Shown here piece by piece: positions 26,764-36,492 of a stretch of 64,000 nucleotides of DNA. This DNA comes from Thermoanaerobaculia bacterium (GTDB lineage: Bacteria; Acidobacteriota; Thermoanaerobaculia; UBA5066; Gp7-AA6), in NCBI GenBank assembly GCA_035263845.1, contig DATFQY010000222.1:3304-67303 (forward strand). The letters run 5' to 3'. Numbering within the stretch: position 1 is the stretch's first letter; each line of letters starts with the position of its first letter. The notes under the pieces were generated by a model, which worked only from the letters and a program-made list of their open reading frames with translations, made no database searches and had not been told where the DNA came from. The position numbers and the translations under genes are program-made.

Positions 26764-28017
26764 ATGACGGAAACCGCCGTCCGCGCCGAGAAAATCTGCA
26801 AGACGTACAAGCTGTACGACTCCGGCGCCGACCGGTTGAAAGAGCTGTTTCTGCGCCGGCGGCGACACCGCGGGTTCGACGCCGTCAAGGACGTCTCCTT
26901 CGAGCTTCCGAAGGGCAAGGCGCTGGGGCTGATTGGCGAGAACGGAGCCGGGAAGTCCACGCTGCTGAAGATCGTCGCCGGTACGACGATGGCCACGTCG
27001 GGCTCGGTTGAGAGGCGGGGGAGCGTCGCCTCGATCTTGGAGCTGGGCATGGGGTTCCACCCCGAGTTCACCGGGCGGGAGAACGCGCGGATGAACGCCG
27101 CGCTGCTGGGACTCTCCGGCTCCGAGATCCGCCGCCGTCTTCCCGAGATCCGCGACTTCGCCGAGCTCGGAGACTTCTTCGACCGGCCGGTGCGGACCTA
27201 CTCCTCCGGAATGAGCCTGCGGCTCGCGTTCGCCGTCGCGACGCACGCCGACGCCGACATCCTGATCGTGGACGAGGCGCTGGCGGTCGGCGACGGGTAC
27301 TTCCAGAAGAAGTCGATCGACCGGATCACGGACTTCCAGAAGCGAGGCGGCACGCTGCTCTTCTGTTCTCACGCGCTTTATTACGTGGCCCTCCTCTGCG
27401 ACCAGGCGATCTGGCTCAAGCAGGGCCAGGCGGCCGCCGAGGGCGGGACGCTGTCGGTGGTGCGGGCCTACGAGGAGTTCCTGCAGGCCAAGGAGCGCCG
27501 CCTGCACGAGGCCGAGTACCACCCCGAGCCGCAGCCGGTCGGGACCAACGGGCGCCGCCCGGCGCGGATCACGGAGGTCCTCGTCCACGACGGTTCGGGC
27601 TATCCCCGCACGAGGTTCGGCGCCCGGGAGACCCTCGCCGTGGACATGGCGTTCGTCACCGAGGACTCGACCCTCGCCTTCCACGCCCGCGTCGGCGCGG
27701 ACCGGGAGGACGGCGTCCAGGCGTTCGCCGTGGATACCCGGGAAGAGCCGTGGGCGCCGCTGACCGGCCGGCGGCACTACCGCCTGAGGCTGGTCTTTCC
27801 GGAGCTGCCGATCGCCCAGGGCGAGTTCCGCCTCTACGTCTTTCTCGGCGACGAAAAGGCTCTCCACCTCCACGACATGCGGATCCTCAAACCCGGCTTC
27901 ACGGTGGTCCCTCCGGATTACGCGGTCGGAATGGTCGCGCCGCGGCACTCCTGGTCCATCGCCGAGGACGAGTCCGCTGCCCAGATCCTCGCCGGCCGGA
28001 CCGCCGCCGGCTCGTAG
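26764..28017 (+). CDS. wzt: ABC-transporter ATP-binding protein Wzt (O-antigen/teichoic-acid export type) with a C-terminal glycan-terminus-binding domain
   Basis: It has the Walker A motif GENGAGKST, the ABC signature SSGMSLRLAF, and the Walker B motif ILIVDE. An extra C-terminal domain of about 170 aa resembles the Wzt_C beta-sandwich. Confidence 0.9.
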   Translation: MTETAVRAEKICKTYKLYDSGADRLKELFLRRRRHRGFDAVKDVSFELPKGKALGLIGENGAGKSTLLKIVAGTTMATSGSVERRGSVASILELGMGFHPEFTGRENARMNAALLGLSGSEIRRRLPEIRDFAELGDFFDRPVRTYSSGMSLRLAFAVATHADADILIVDEALAVGDGYFQKKSIDRITDFQKRGGTLLFCSHALYYVALLCDQAIWLKQGQAAAEGGTLSVVRAYEEFLQAKERRLHEAEYHPEPQPVGTNGRRPARITEVLVHDGSGYPRTRFGARETLAVDMAFVTEDSTLAFHARVGADREDGVQAFAVDTREEPWAPLTGRRHYRLRLVFPELPIAQGEFRLYVFLGDEKALHLHDMRILKPGFTVVPPDYAVGMVAPRHSWSIAEDESAAQILAGRTAAGS

Positions 28018-28033
28018 GCCGGACCCTGGCTCC

Positions 28034-30223
28034 TTGAAGACCGCGATCGCATTCCTCGAATCGCCCGGCAGACCCGACTACGGCCAGAGGATCTGGCGCC
28101 GCCGCTGGGCCGCAGCGTTTCCGGCCGATCTTGCCGCCGAGCTGTCCCGCGGCGCGGCGGCGTCCGAGGAGTTCTCCGCCGCCGATGCCTGGCTCCTCGT
28201 CCTCGATGAGAAAGCCCAGCCGGCCGCTTCGCCTCGCTTCCCCGACCCTCCTGCCGGAGCGGTCCTGGCCGCCTCGCCCGCCGCGCCGGCGGACGCCGCC
28301 GTCCACACCCTGCGCGAGCTCGAGGAGCTGCCGGCGCCGCCGCAAGCTCCGCCGGGCGACCCTCGAAAGCCGCCCGCGATCGCGTTTCGAGCGGCGGACT
28401 TCCCTCCCTGTCCGGGGGAAACGGTCGAAGATTTCCTGGAACGCCTTCTCGCCGGAGGCTCCCCGAAGACGTCGGACCCGGCTTTTCGTGCCCTCGCCGT
28501 CGGCGATCCCTCGCGGCGGGAGCGCCCCGAGCTGACGGCGCGAATCCCGCCGGCCGCCCGCAAGCTGCTCGACGTCGGATGCGGATCGGGCGGCTCGGGG
28601 GCGGCGCTTTCGAGGCGTTTTCGCGACCTCCACGTGACCGGGATCGAGAAGGATCCCGAGGCGGCGGCTCGGGCCGCCTCGAATCTCCACCGCGTCCTTC
28701 CCGGCGACGCCGTCGAGACCCTCGCCCGGCTCTCCTCGGAAGGGGAGTCTTTCGACGCCTTCCTCTTCGCGGACGTCCTCGAGCATCTCGACGACCCGGT
28801 CGAGCCGCTGCGGCGCGCCCGGGCGCTGGCCCGCCCCGGCGCGACCCTGGTCGCGAGCGTGCCCAACGCCGGGCACCTCTCGCTGGTGCGGGACCTCGCG
28901 AGAGGCCGCTTCGACCCGGTCCCGGCGGGGCTCGCGGATGTCGGTCACCTGCGGTGGTTCACCCGCGTTTCCCTCGTGGACGCGCTCGAGGAGGCGGGGT
29001 GGCGGGTCGAGTCCGTGGAAGGGGAGAAGGCAGCAGCGGCGGCCGGAGCGAGAGAGTTCGAGGCGGAGATCGCCGCGTGGCCGGCCCTCGACCGCGACAG
29101 CCTCGAAACCTACCAGTGGATCGCGGTCGCCGCGGCGGACCCCGACACGCTGATCGGCTCTCTCGAGACGCCGGCGCCACACCGGATTCGCTCGGGCGGA
29201 GTCAATCGCTTTCGGGGAATGGTTCTCGACACCAACGGAGACCGCGTTCGAAGCGTCCGGATTTCCATCGACGGCGGCGCGGCAGTGGACTACCCCTGCG
29301 ATCGGGACAGCGCCGACGTCGCGGTCCATCTCCCGCACCTTCCAGCCGCCGCGAAATGCCGGTTCGAATTCGACGCTTTCCTGCCCGCCGGCGCCGGCGT
29401 GGTTCGCTTCGAAGCCGTCGCCGAGAGCGGCCGGGTGGATCCGCTCTTCGACTACGACGTCGCGACCCCGCGGGAGCGGGCCTCGGAGCTCGAAAGGACG
29501 AGCCGGGCGCTCGAGGCGCTGCCTCTTCCCGATCCGGACATCGTGTTCCTGACCCAGGGCCACCGAGACGCCCGGGCGTACCAGGATTCGATCCTTCCGG
29601 GGATCCTCAACCTGAAGCGATACCTCGCGGAAAGCGGCGTCGAGGACGCGCGGATCGAAAGCGTCCTGGACTTCGGCTGCGGATCCGGCCGCCTGCTCGC
29701 GGGTTGGCTACCCGAAGCGGCCTCGCGCCGCCTGGCGGGCTGCGACACGAGCGAGCCGCTCATCGAGTGGGCTCGGCGCAACCTGCCCTCGAAGATCCGT
29801 CTCGAGCGGACGGCAGCTCTTCCGCCGCTTCCTTTCGGCGGCGGGAGCTTCGACCTGGTCACGGCGATCTCGGTCTTCACGCACCTGCGGAGGCGTTCGC
29901 AGGAGCTCTGGGCCGAAGAGCTCGGCAGGGTGCTCTCGCCCGGCGGAATCCTCGTTGTCACCCTCCACGGAAGGCCCTACGTCCGGCTGTTCCAGCGGGG
30001 GCGGCACACGGAGTTCGAGAAGAGCGGCCACCTGGAGATCGAATCCGCGGCCGACGGCGCCAACGAGTCGGCGAGCTTCCACTCCGAGAAAGACGTCCCC
30101 GGTCTCTTCCCGGCCTTCGAGATGATCGGGAGCTTCCCGGCGGGGCGGATCGGCGGCCGCCGCGTCCTCTTTCCCCTGGCGTCGATCCAGGACGTCTACG
30201 TGCTGCGGCGAAAGGGCCGCTGA
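28034..30223 (+). CDS. Protein with two class-I SAM-dependent methyltransferase domains (WbdD-like candidate for modifying the glycan chain end)
   Basis: It has two SAM-binding motif-I copies (LLDVGCGSGGSG and VLDFGCGSGRLL), each followed by methyltransferase motifs. It uses a TTG start. It sits immediately downstream of wzt. Confidence 0.75.
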   Translation: MKTAIAFLESPGRPDYGQRIWRRRWAAAFPADLAAELSRGAAASEEFSAADAWLLVLDEKAQPAASPRFPDPPAGAVLAASPAAPADAAVHTLRELEELPAPPQAPPGDPRKPPAIAFRAADFPPCPGETVEDFLERLLAGGSPKTSDPAFRALAVGDPSRRERPELTARIPPAARKLLDVGCGSGGSGAALSRRFRDLHVTGIEKDPEAAARAASNLHRVLPGDAVETLARLSSEGESFDAFLFADVLEHLDDPVEPLRRARALARPGATLVASVPNAGHLSLVRDLARGRFDPVPAGLADVGHLRWFTRVSLVDALEEAGWRVESVEGEKAAAAAGAREFEAEIAAWPALDRDSLETYQWIAVAAADPDTLIGSLETPAPHRIRSGGVNRFRGMVLDTNGDRVRSVRISIDGGAAVDYPCDRDSADVAVHLPHLPAAAKCRFEFDAFLPAGAGVVRFEAVAESGRVDPLFDYDVATPRERASELERTSRALEALPLPDPDIVFLTQGHRDARAYQDSILPGILNLKRYLAESGVEDARIESVLDFGCGSGRLLAGWLPEAASRRLAGCDTSEPLIEWARRNLPSKIRLERTAALPPLPFGGGSFDLVTAISVFTHLRRRSQELWAEELGRVLSPGGILVVTLHGRPYVRLFQRGRHTEFEKSGHLEIESAADGANESASFHSEKDVPGLFPAFEMIGSFPAGRIGGRRVLFPLASIQDVYVLRRKGR

Positions 30224-30228
30224 AGCCG

Positions 30229-31239
30229 ATGCGCGTCGCCTACCTGCTCGAATCCACCGAGCTTTCCGGGGGAGTGAAGGTCGTCCTCCAGCAGGCGGAG
30301 GCGCTCGCGCGCCGCGGCCACCGTGTGACGGTCGTGTCGCCCGGGCCCTTGCCTCCCTGGTTCTCTCTCGCGCAGGCACGATTCGAGAGGTCGTCGTTCC
30401 GCGAGTCGCGCGCCCTCGCGGAGGCGGACGTCCGCGTCGCGACGTTCTGGACCACGGTCGCCCCGGCGCTGGACGCGGCGCTGGGGCCCGTCTTCCACCT
30501 CTGCCAGGGGTACGAGGGGAGCTTCACCTTCTACGCGGACCGTCGAGGGGAGATCGAGGAGGCTTATCGCGCCCCGACCCGCAAGCTCGCGGTCTCTTCC
30601 TCCCTCGCGGCGCGCCTGAACGGTTTGGGATTCGGGCCGGCGGAGAGCGTGGGCCAGGCATTCGATCCGGCCGCATTCCTTCCGGCGCCTTCGAACGGCG
30701 GGAAACCGAACGATCCTCCGGTGGTCCTCGTCGTCGGGATCTACGAGGCCGACGTGAAAGGGATCGCGGTGGCGCTGGAGGGACTGCGCCTCGGCCGCGA
30801 GCGGGGAAGCGTCTTCCGCGTCCGGCGCGTCTCGACGCACGCCCCGGGCGAGGCGGAAAAGAGCGCGGGAGTCGTGGACGAATACCACCAGGCCCTGCCC
30901 CCGTCGAGGATGCCGTTCGCCTACCGCTCGTCGGATCTCTTCCTCGGCCCGGCCCGCCCCGAGGAGGGGTTCGGCCTGCCCGTGCTGGAGGCGATGTCCT
31001 GCGGGGTCCCGTGCCTTCTTTCGGACACGCCCGGCCACCGCGAAATCGCCGGGGACGCCGCCTCGTACTTCGCCGACGGGGACCCCGAGTCTCTCGCGGC
31101 GGCGCTGCCCGCGGCGCTCTCGCCGGAGGCCCGCGCCCGGGCCTGGATCGAGGGGCCGAAGACGACGTCCCGCTTCGACTCGGCCGCGGTCGCGGCCCGC
31201 CTCGAAGCGGCCTTCGACGCCGCGCGCCGGACCCCATGA
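30229..31239 (+). CDS. Glycosyltransferase, GT4 family (GT-B fold)
   Basis: It has the C-terminal EX7E-like region GFGLPVLEAMSCGVPCLLSD and an N-terminus typical of GT4. Its ATG lies 5 nt after the upstream stop. Confidence 0.85.
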   Translation: MRVAYLLESTELSGGVKVVLQQAEALARRGHRVTVVSPGPLPPWFSLAQARFERSSFRESRALAEADVRVATFWTTVAPALDAALGPVFHLCQGYEGSFTFYADRRGEIEEAYRAPTRKLAVSSSLAARLNGLGFGPAESVGQAFDPAAFLPAPSNGGKPNDPPVVLVVGIYEADVKGIAVALEGLRLGRERGSVFRVRRVSTHAPGEAEKSAGVVDEYHQALPPSRMPFAYRSSDLFLGPARPEEGFGLPVLEAMSCGVPCLLSDTPGHREIAGDAASYFADGDPESLAAALPAALSPEARARAWIEGPKTTSRFDSAAVAARLEAAFDAARRTP

Positions 31240-32288
31240 CCCCGGAAGTCTCCGCCATCGTCGTCTCGCACCGCAGCGCCGCCGAAGCCGCCGGCTGTGT
31301 CGCTTCGCTCGCCTCGAGCTTTCGCGCCGAGGGGATTTCGGGGGAGACGATCCTCGTGGACTGCGGATCGGGGAAGGAAGAAGAGCGCGCTCTCCGGGAG
31401 GCGGGCTCGGATTCTCTCGTTCTCCTGGAAGAGAACCGCGGGTACTCCGGAGGGGTGAACGCGGGGCTCGCGGCCGCCCGCGGGCGCAACCTCCTGCTCT
31501 GTAACGCCGACGTCGTTTTCTCGCCCGGCGCTCTGGCCGCGCTCGTCCGAGCGGTCGGCGACAAGCGGGTCGGCGCGGCCGCGCCGCTCGCCTTCTGGGA
31601 TTCCGGGGAGCGCGTGAAGCTGCCTCCCGGCTACGCCCCGGGCTTCTTCACGGACCTCGCCCAGCTCCTCGGCGGGCGGTCGCGGGCGCTCGACGACTCT
31701 CGGTTCGCGCGCTTCGCCCGCTCGGCGACGCGCCTCTGGGAGCGCGGCGGGACGGCGAAGCAGCTCGCGGGTGCGGTCCTCGCCGCCCGCCGCGACGTCT
31801 TCGACGCGGCCGGCCGGTTCGACGAGCGCTACCCCTTCGAGTACGAGGAGACCGAGTGGGAGGCCCGGGTGCGGCGTGCAGGGTTCGATTTGCTCTTCGT
31901 CCCGGACGGCCGCATCCGCCACCTCTGGGCGGTCAGCTCCTCGCGCAACCCCGGGACTGCTGCCCGCCGAGCCGCTTCGGAAGCCCGGTACCGTTCCCGC
32001 TACGGAAGGCTCGGGCGCGCGTTCCTCGAGCGCGCGAGCCTTCTCGCGCGCAACGGAACCGAGAGCGCAAGCGCCATCGAACCTTCCTTCGAGGCGCGGC
32101 CCGGCGCCGCCGTCGCGGTCTCGCCGAATCCATCCGGGATCCCCTTCGCCGCCGCGGACCTCGATCGCGCCTTCCGGCTTCCCGCCGAGATCTCCGCTCG
32201 GCTCGCCGCCGGACGCTGGCGCTTCACGGTCTTCCGCAAGGAGGACGGGCGTCCGCTCGAGACGCGGGTCTGGGAGAAGGGGGAGTGA
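31236..32288 (+). CDS. Glycosyltransferase, GT2 family
   Basis: The N-terminus is VSAIVVSHRSAAE. A DxD-like motif (LVDCGS/CNADV) is present. Its start and stop overlap those of the neighbouring genes. Confidence 0.8.
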   Translation: MTPEVSAIVVSHRSAAEAAGCVASLASSFRAEGISGETILVDCGSGKEEERALREAGSDSLVLLEENRGYSGGVNAGLAAARGRNLLLCNADVVFSPGALAALVRAVGDKRVGAAAPLAFWDSGERVKLPPGYAPGFFTDLAQLLGGRSRALDDSRFARFARSATRLWERGGTAKQLAGAVLAARRDVFDAAGRFDERYPFEYEETEWEARVRRAGFDLLFVPDGRIRHLWAVSSSRNPGTAARRAASEARYRSRYGRLGRAFLERASLLARNGTESASAIEPSFEARPGAAVAVSPNPSGIPFAAADLDRAFRLPAEISARLAAGRWRFTVFRKEDGRPLETRVWEKGE

Positions 32289-32292
32289 TGGA

Positions 32293-33243
32293 GTGAGCGA
32301 CTTCAAGGTCCGCGTCGCCACCGACGACGACGCGCCCGGGATCCGCCGGCTCTTCTACAGGGTGTTCCAGAAGGAGATGCCCGAAGAGGAGTGGGACTGG
32401 AAGTTCGCGCGCAATCCGGACGGATGGTTCGGGACCGTGGCGGTCCGCGGCGACGAGATCGTGGGCAACTACGCGGGATGGGCGATGCGCGTCCTCCTCG
32501 ACGGCCGGGCGAGGGTCGCCTACTCGGTCGGCGACGTCGCGACGGACCCGACCGCGCGGGCGCTGGGCGGGCGCCGCGGGGTCTACCGCTCGATGACGGA
32601 CCTCTTCTACGAAGTCCTCGGCGGGCGCGACGTCCCCTTCTGCTTCGGTTTCCCCAACGCGCGCGCGCACGAGATCAGCAACCGCCTCGCGGGAACGCGC
32701 ACGCTGCTGCCGATCCGCGAGAAGCACGTCCCGTGCGATTCCTTCTCCGCGCCGCCGCCGGGCTTCGCCGCCGGCGATTTCGTCGGCGAATCCTTCGACC
32801 CGCTCTGGCGTGCGGCGAGGCGCGCGCTGGCGAACGCGGCGATGCGCGACCGTGCCCGCGCGAACTGGCGCTTCCACGCCCGGCCCACCCGCTATTACCG
32901 GATGGTCTGGCGCGACGGCGGCGGCGACGGAATGTCGAGCTGGGCCGTGCTCTCCGTGCAGGGCGAGCAGGCCCTCGTCGCCGACTTCCTGGCCGCCGAT
33001 CCCGCGGGAAGCGAGCTGCCGGAGCTCTTCGCCGCCGCCGCGGCGGAGGCCCGACGCCTCGGCGCCGCGAAGCTGGTCTTCTGGGAGACTCCCGGCGGTC
33101 CGGGCCGACCGGCGATCGAGGCCCTTCCCGGCGAAATCCGAGAGGCCGGCTTCTCCTTCGTCGTCCATTCCTTCGACCACGCCGCCACCGACCGTTTCGC
33201 CCGCGACGCGCACTTGACGCCCGCCCTCTACGACGTCGTCTAG
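32293..33243 (+). CDS. GNAT-family (FemAB-like fold) acyl/acetyltransferase
   Basis: It has a GTG start 4 nt after the upstream stop. Its size and motifs are consistent with a GNAT/FemAB-type transferase. The start is uncertain. Confidence 0.65.
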   Translation: MSDFKVRVATDDDAPGIRRLFYRVFQKEMPEEEWDWKFARNPDGWFGTVAVRGDEIVGNYAGWAMRVLLDGRARVAYSVGDVATDPTARALGGRRGVYRSMTDLFYEVLGGRDVPFCFGFPNARAHEISNRLAGTRTLLPIREKHVPCDSFSAPPPGFAAGDFVGESFDPLWRAARRALANAAMRDRARANWRFHARPTRYYRMVWRDGGGDGMSSWAVLSVQGEQALVADFLAADPAGSELPELFAAAAAEARRLGAAKLVFWETPGGPGRPAIEALPGEIREAGFSFVVHSFDHAATDRFARDAHLTPALYDVV

Positions 33244-33280
33244 CACGCCTCGAAACGGTTACACTCCCGCTCACGTAGAA

Positions 33281-35215
33281 ATGCAGGACGACGACCCACC
33301 GATGGAGGAAGCCTCGCTGATCCCGCACCGCGCGAGCGAGCTCGCCGGCGCCCGCATCCTCGTCCTGGCCGCCCATCCCGACGACGAAAGCCTCGGCGCG
33401 GGAGGAATCCTCGCCTTGAACTCGGAGAAGGCGGAGGCCATCCGGGTCTGGATCGCCACCGCGGGCACGCGGCAGGAAGGCGCGGGGGAGCAAGCGGACT
33501 ACGGGGAGAGGCGGCGGGCGGAGTCCGTCGAGGCGGCGAAAGTCCTTGGCGTGGAGCCGCCCACGTTCGGCACGCTGCCGGACCGGGAGCTCGCGGCGAG
33601 AACCGGCGAGCTCGAGACGGAGATCGGGAAGCTCGTCCGGGATTTTCGGCCGGATCTGCTCCTCTGCCCCTCGCCCGTGGAGATCCATCCCGACCACCGC
33701 GCGCTCGCCGAGGCGGCCTGGGGCCGGCTCTCCTCCTCGCGCCCGACGGATCCGGACCACGGCGATTACGCTTTCCTGCGCCTCGCCTTCTACGAGATCT
33801 CCCACCCGATCCTGCCCAACGTCCTCGTGGACATCTCGCCGGCCGCCGCCAGAAAGGAGAAGGCGCTGGCGGCGTACGAGTCGCAGCAGGCGGTGCGCGA
33901 CTACGCCGGCGCCGTCGGAGGCCTGAACGCGTACCGCCGGCTGACCCTCGAGGGGCGCGGGCCCGTCGAGGCCTTCCGGGTGGTGGACTACGGCGAGGCC
34001 TCGACGCGGTCGCTCGAGGAGTTCCGCAGGTCCATCGGTCCGTCCTTCGTCGCCGACGGCGAGCGCGGGCCGGCGCCCGTCTCGGTCGTCGTGCGGACGC
34101 GCAACCGGCCGGCGCTCCTCCGGGAGGCGCTCGACAGCCTCCGGCGCCAGACGGCGCGTCCCCGCCAGGTCGTGGTCGTCAACGACGGCGGCGGCTCGGT
34201 CGCGGAGATAGCCTCCTCCTTCCGGGACTCGTTCGAAGTGGCCCTCGAGGAGCTGCGGGATCGCAAGGGCCGATCGCGAGCCGCCAACCGCGGAGTCGCC
34301 CTGGCGAGCGAGGAGCTGGCCGCGTTTCTCGACGACGACGACGTCGCCTACCCCGACCACCTCGAGCGGCTGGTGCGCGCGCACCGGGCGGGCCCCGAGC
34401 CGGTCGTCTATTCCGACGCGGTCACCGCGGTCTACGGCCGTCGCGACGAGCAGCCGGAGGCGATCCACCGGTCGCTCCAGTACTCGCTCGATTACGATCC
34501 GGACTTCCTGCTGCTGGCCAACTACATACCGCTCCACACTCTCCTTCTTCCCCGCTCGCTCTACAGGGGAACCGGAGGGTTCGACGAGAAGCTCGACTAC
34601 TCCGAGGACTGGGACTTCCTGATCCGCCTGTCCTTCGAGACCTCCTTCCGTCACCTGCGCGCGGTCACCTGCGAGTACCGGGTCTTCGACACGGGCGGCG
34701 GAGAGCCGGGCAAGGTCCGGGCGGGGGAGGATCCCTTCCAGAAGGCCCGCGAGGTCATCTACGAGCGCTATGCCGGCCGTCGCACGCCGGAGGGGCTCGG
34801 GCGGGTGATCGACCGGCTTCGTTCCCAGATCTCGTACTGGGCCGGCCGCGACTCGATCTCGCAGGGCGAGTTGAAGTACCAGCGCGACTCCCACCGAGGC
34901 CTCATCGCGACGCTCGAGAGGACCGGGCAGCAACTGGGAAACGCCGAGGCCGAGCGGGCCCGGCTCGCTGCCGATTCCGAGCACGTTCGCCGGCGCGCTG
35001 CCGATCTCGCGCTGGAGCGGGACCGGCTCCTCGCCGAGAACGAGCTCGTCCACAGCCGCGTCGAGAGGCTCTTCTCCTCCAACGAGGACTACCACCGCAA
35101 GACCACGGAGCTCCAGGCCGAGGTCGCCCGGTTGACCGGGATCCTCGATCAGATCTACGCCTCTCGGACCTGGAAGCTTCACCTCTTCGCCGAGCGCGTG
35201 CGGGGCCGGAGTTGA
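33281..35215 (+). CDS. Fusion protein: PIG-L/LmbE-family N-deacetylase, a GT2 glycosyltransferase, and a C-terminal coiled coil
   Basis: The LmbE motifs are LVLAAHPDDESLGAGG and HPDHRALAEAA. The GT2 domain is marked by VSVVVRTRNRPALLREALDSLRRQT...VVVVNDGGG...LDDDD. The C-terminus is heptad-rich. Confidence 0.85.
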   Translation: MQDDDPPMEEASLIPHRASELAGARILVLAAHPDDESLGAGGILALNSEKAEAIRVWIATAGTRQEGAGEQADYGERRRAESVEAAKVLGVEPPTFGTLPDRELAARTGELETEIGKLVRDFRPDLLLCPSPVEIHPDHRALAEAAWGRLSSSRPTDPDHGDYAFLRLAFYEISHPILPNVLVDISPAAARKEKALAAYESQQAVRDYAGAVGGLNAYRRLTLEGRGPVEAFRVVDYGEASTRSLEEFRRSIGPSFVADGERGPAPVSVVVRTRNRPALLREALDSLRRQTARPRQVVVVNDGGGSVAEIASSFRDSFEVALEELRDRKGRSRAANRGVALASEELAAFLDDDDVAYPDHLERLVRAHRAGPEPVVYSDAVTAVYGRRDEQPEAIHRSLQYSLDYDPDFLLLANYIPLHTLLLPRSLYRGTGGFDEKLDYSEDWDFLIRLSFETSFRHLRAVTCEYRVFDTGGGEPGKVRAGEDPFQKAREVIYERYAGRRTPEGLGRVIDRLRSQISYWAGRDSISQGELKYQRDSHRGLIATLERTGQQLGNAEAERARLAADSEHVRRRAADLALERDRLLAENELVHSRVERLFSSNEDYHRKTTELQAEVARLTGILDQIYASRTWKLHLFAERVRGRS

Positions 35216-35237
35216 GGCCGATGGGCGCCTTCCCGCG

Positions 35238-36482
35238 GTGACGCGCCGCGTCGTCATCCTGGCCCCGGAGCCGATCCGGCCGAAGATGGCCGGCATGGGA
35301 ATCCGGGCGCTCGAGCTCGCCCGGACGCTGCGCGGGGAGTTCGACGTGCGCCTGCTCGTCGGCAACGACCCGGCCGAGGCCGCCGCGGCCGCCGGCGACA
35401 TCCCGGTCGTGCCAGCGCCTCCGGGAGGGCTCGCCGCCGCGGCCGTCGGCGCCGACGCGGCCGTCGTTTCCGGCCACGCCGCGAACTGGTGGTTTCACCA
35501 GGTGCCCGACGTGCCCGTCGCCGCGGACCTCTACGACCCGTTCTTCGTCGAGAACCTCCATTACGCGCCGACTCTCGGCGAGGAGACCGCGGTCCACGAC
35601 CGCGCGACGCTCTCGCTGGCCCTCTCGCGCGCGGACTTCTTCCTCTGCGCCTCGCCCGAGCAGCGCCTCTTCTACGCGGGCGCGCTCTACGCGGCGGGGA
35701 GGATCGGGCCGCGCAACTTCCCGGAGGATCCCGTCCTCGCGGGTCTCCTCGCGGTCGTTCCCTTCGGAGTCCCCGCGGAGCCAGCCGCCGGGGACCGCGC
35801 CGCGGGCCGGCGGCTCCTCGACGTTTCGCCCGACGTTCCCCTCGTGCTGTTCGGGGGAATCTACGACTGGTACGAGCCGGATTTGCTCCTCGAAGCCTGG
35901 CCCGGAGTGCTGCGCCGCTGCCCGGACGCGAAGCTGCTCTTCTTCGAAAACCCCAACCCGGAGACGACGCCCCAGCGCGTGTACGCCAGGGCGAGGGAGC
36001 GCGCGAGGGCGATCGATCCCCAGGGCAAGTCCGTCCTCTTTTCCCCCTGGAGGGCGTACGCCTCGCGCGCCGACCTCTACGCGGGCGTGGACCTGCTCGC
36101 CTCGATCTCGACGGAGGGGCTCGAGCGGGACCTCGCTTTCCGCACGCGGCTTCTCGACGCGGCCTGGGGAGGCGTCCCCTCGGTCTCCGTCGCCGGGGGC
36201 CCGCTCGCGAAGGAGCTCGAGCAGGCGGGCGCCGGACGGCGGGTCGCGGGCACCGCCTCCGCCCTCGCCGAGGCGGTCATCCAGATGCTGTCGGACCGGG
36301 AGGAGCGCGGGAAGGCGTCCGCAGCCGCGCGCCGCTTCGCCGCCTCCCGCGCCTGGCCGGCCGTCGCCGCGCCGCTGGCTGCCTGGTGCCGCGAAGCCCG
36401 CGTGAACCCCGGACGGCTTCCTCTTCCCGCCGGCAAGGAGAGCCACTCGCTCTGGCGCCGCCTCCGAAGGAAGGTGCGTTAG
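35238..36482 (+). CDS. Glycosyltransferase, GT1/GT4-like (GT-B fold)
   Basis: It has a GTG start. The N-terminus (VVILAPEPIRPKMAGMGIRALELA) and C-terminal half are GT-B-like. Confidence 0.8.
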   Translation: MTRRVVILAPEPIRPKMAGMGIRALELARTLRGEFDVRLLVGNDPAEAAAAAGDIPVVPAPPGGLAAAAVGADAAVVSGHAANWWFHQVPDVPVAADLYDPFFVENLHYAPTLGEETAVHDRATLSLALSRADFFLCASPEQRLFYAGALYAAGRIGPRNFPEDPVLAGLLAVVPFGVPAEPAAGDRAAGRRLLDVSPDVPLVLFGGIYDWYEPDLLLEAWPGVLRRCPDAKLLFFENPNPETTPQRVYARARERARAIDPQGKSVLFSPWRAYASRADLYAGVDLLASISTEGLERDLAFRTRLLDAAWGGVPSVSVAGGPLAKELEQAGAGRRVAGTASALAEAVIQMLSDREERGKASAAARRFAASRAWPAVAAPLAAWCREARVNPGRLPLPAGKESHSLWRRLRRKVR

Positions 36483-36492
36483 TCTTCCGGCG

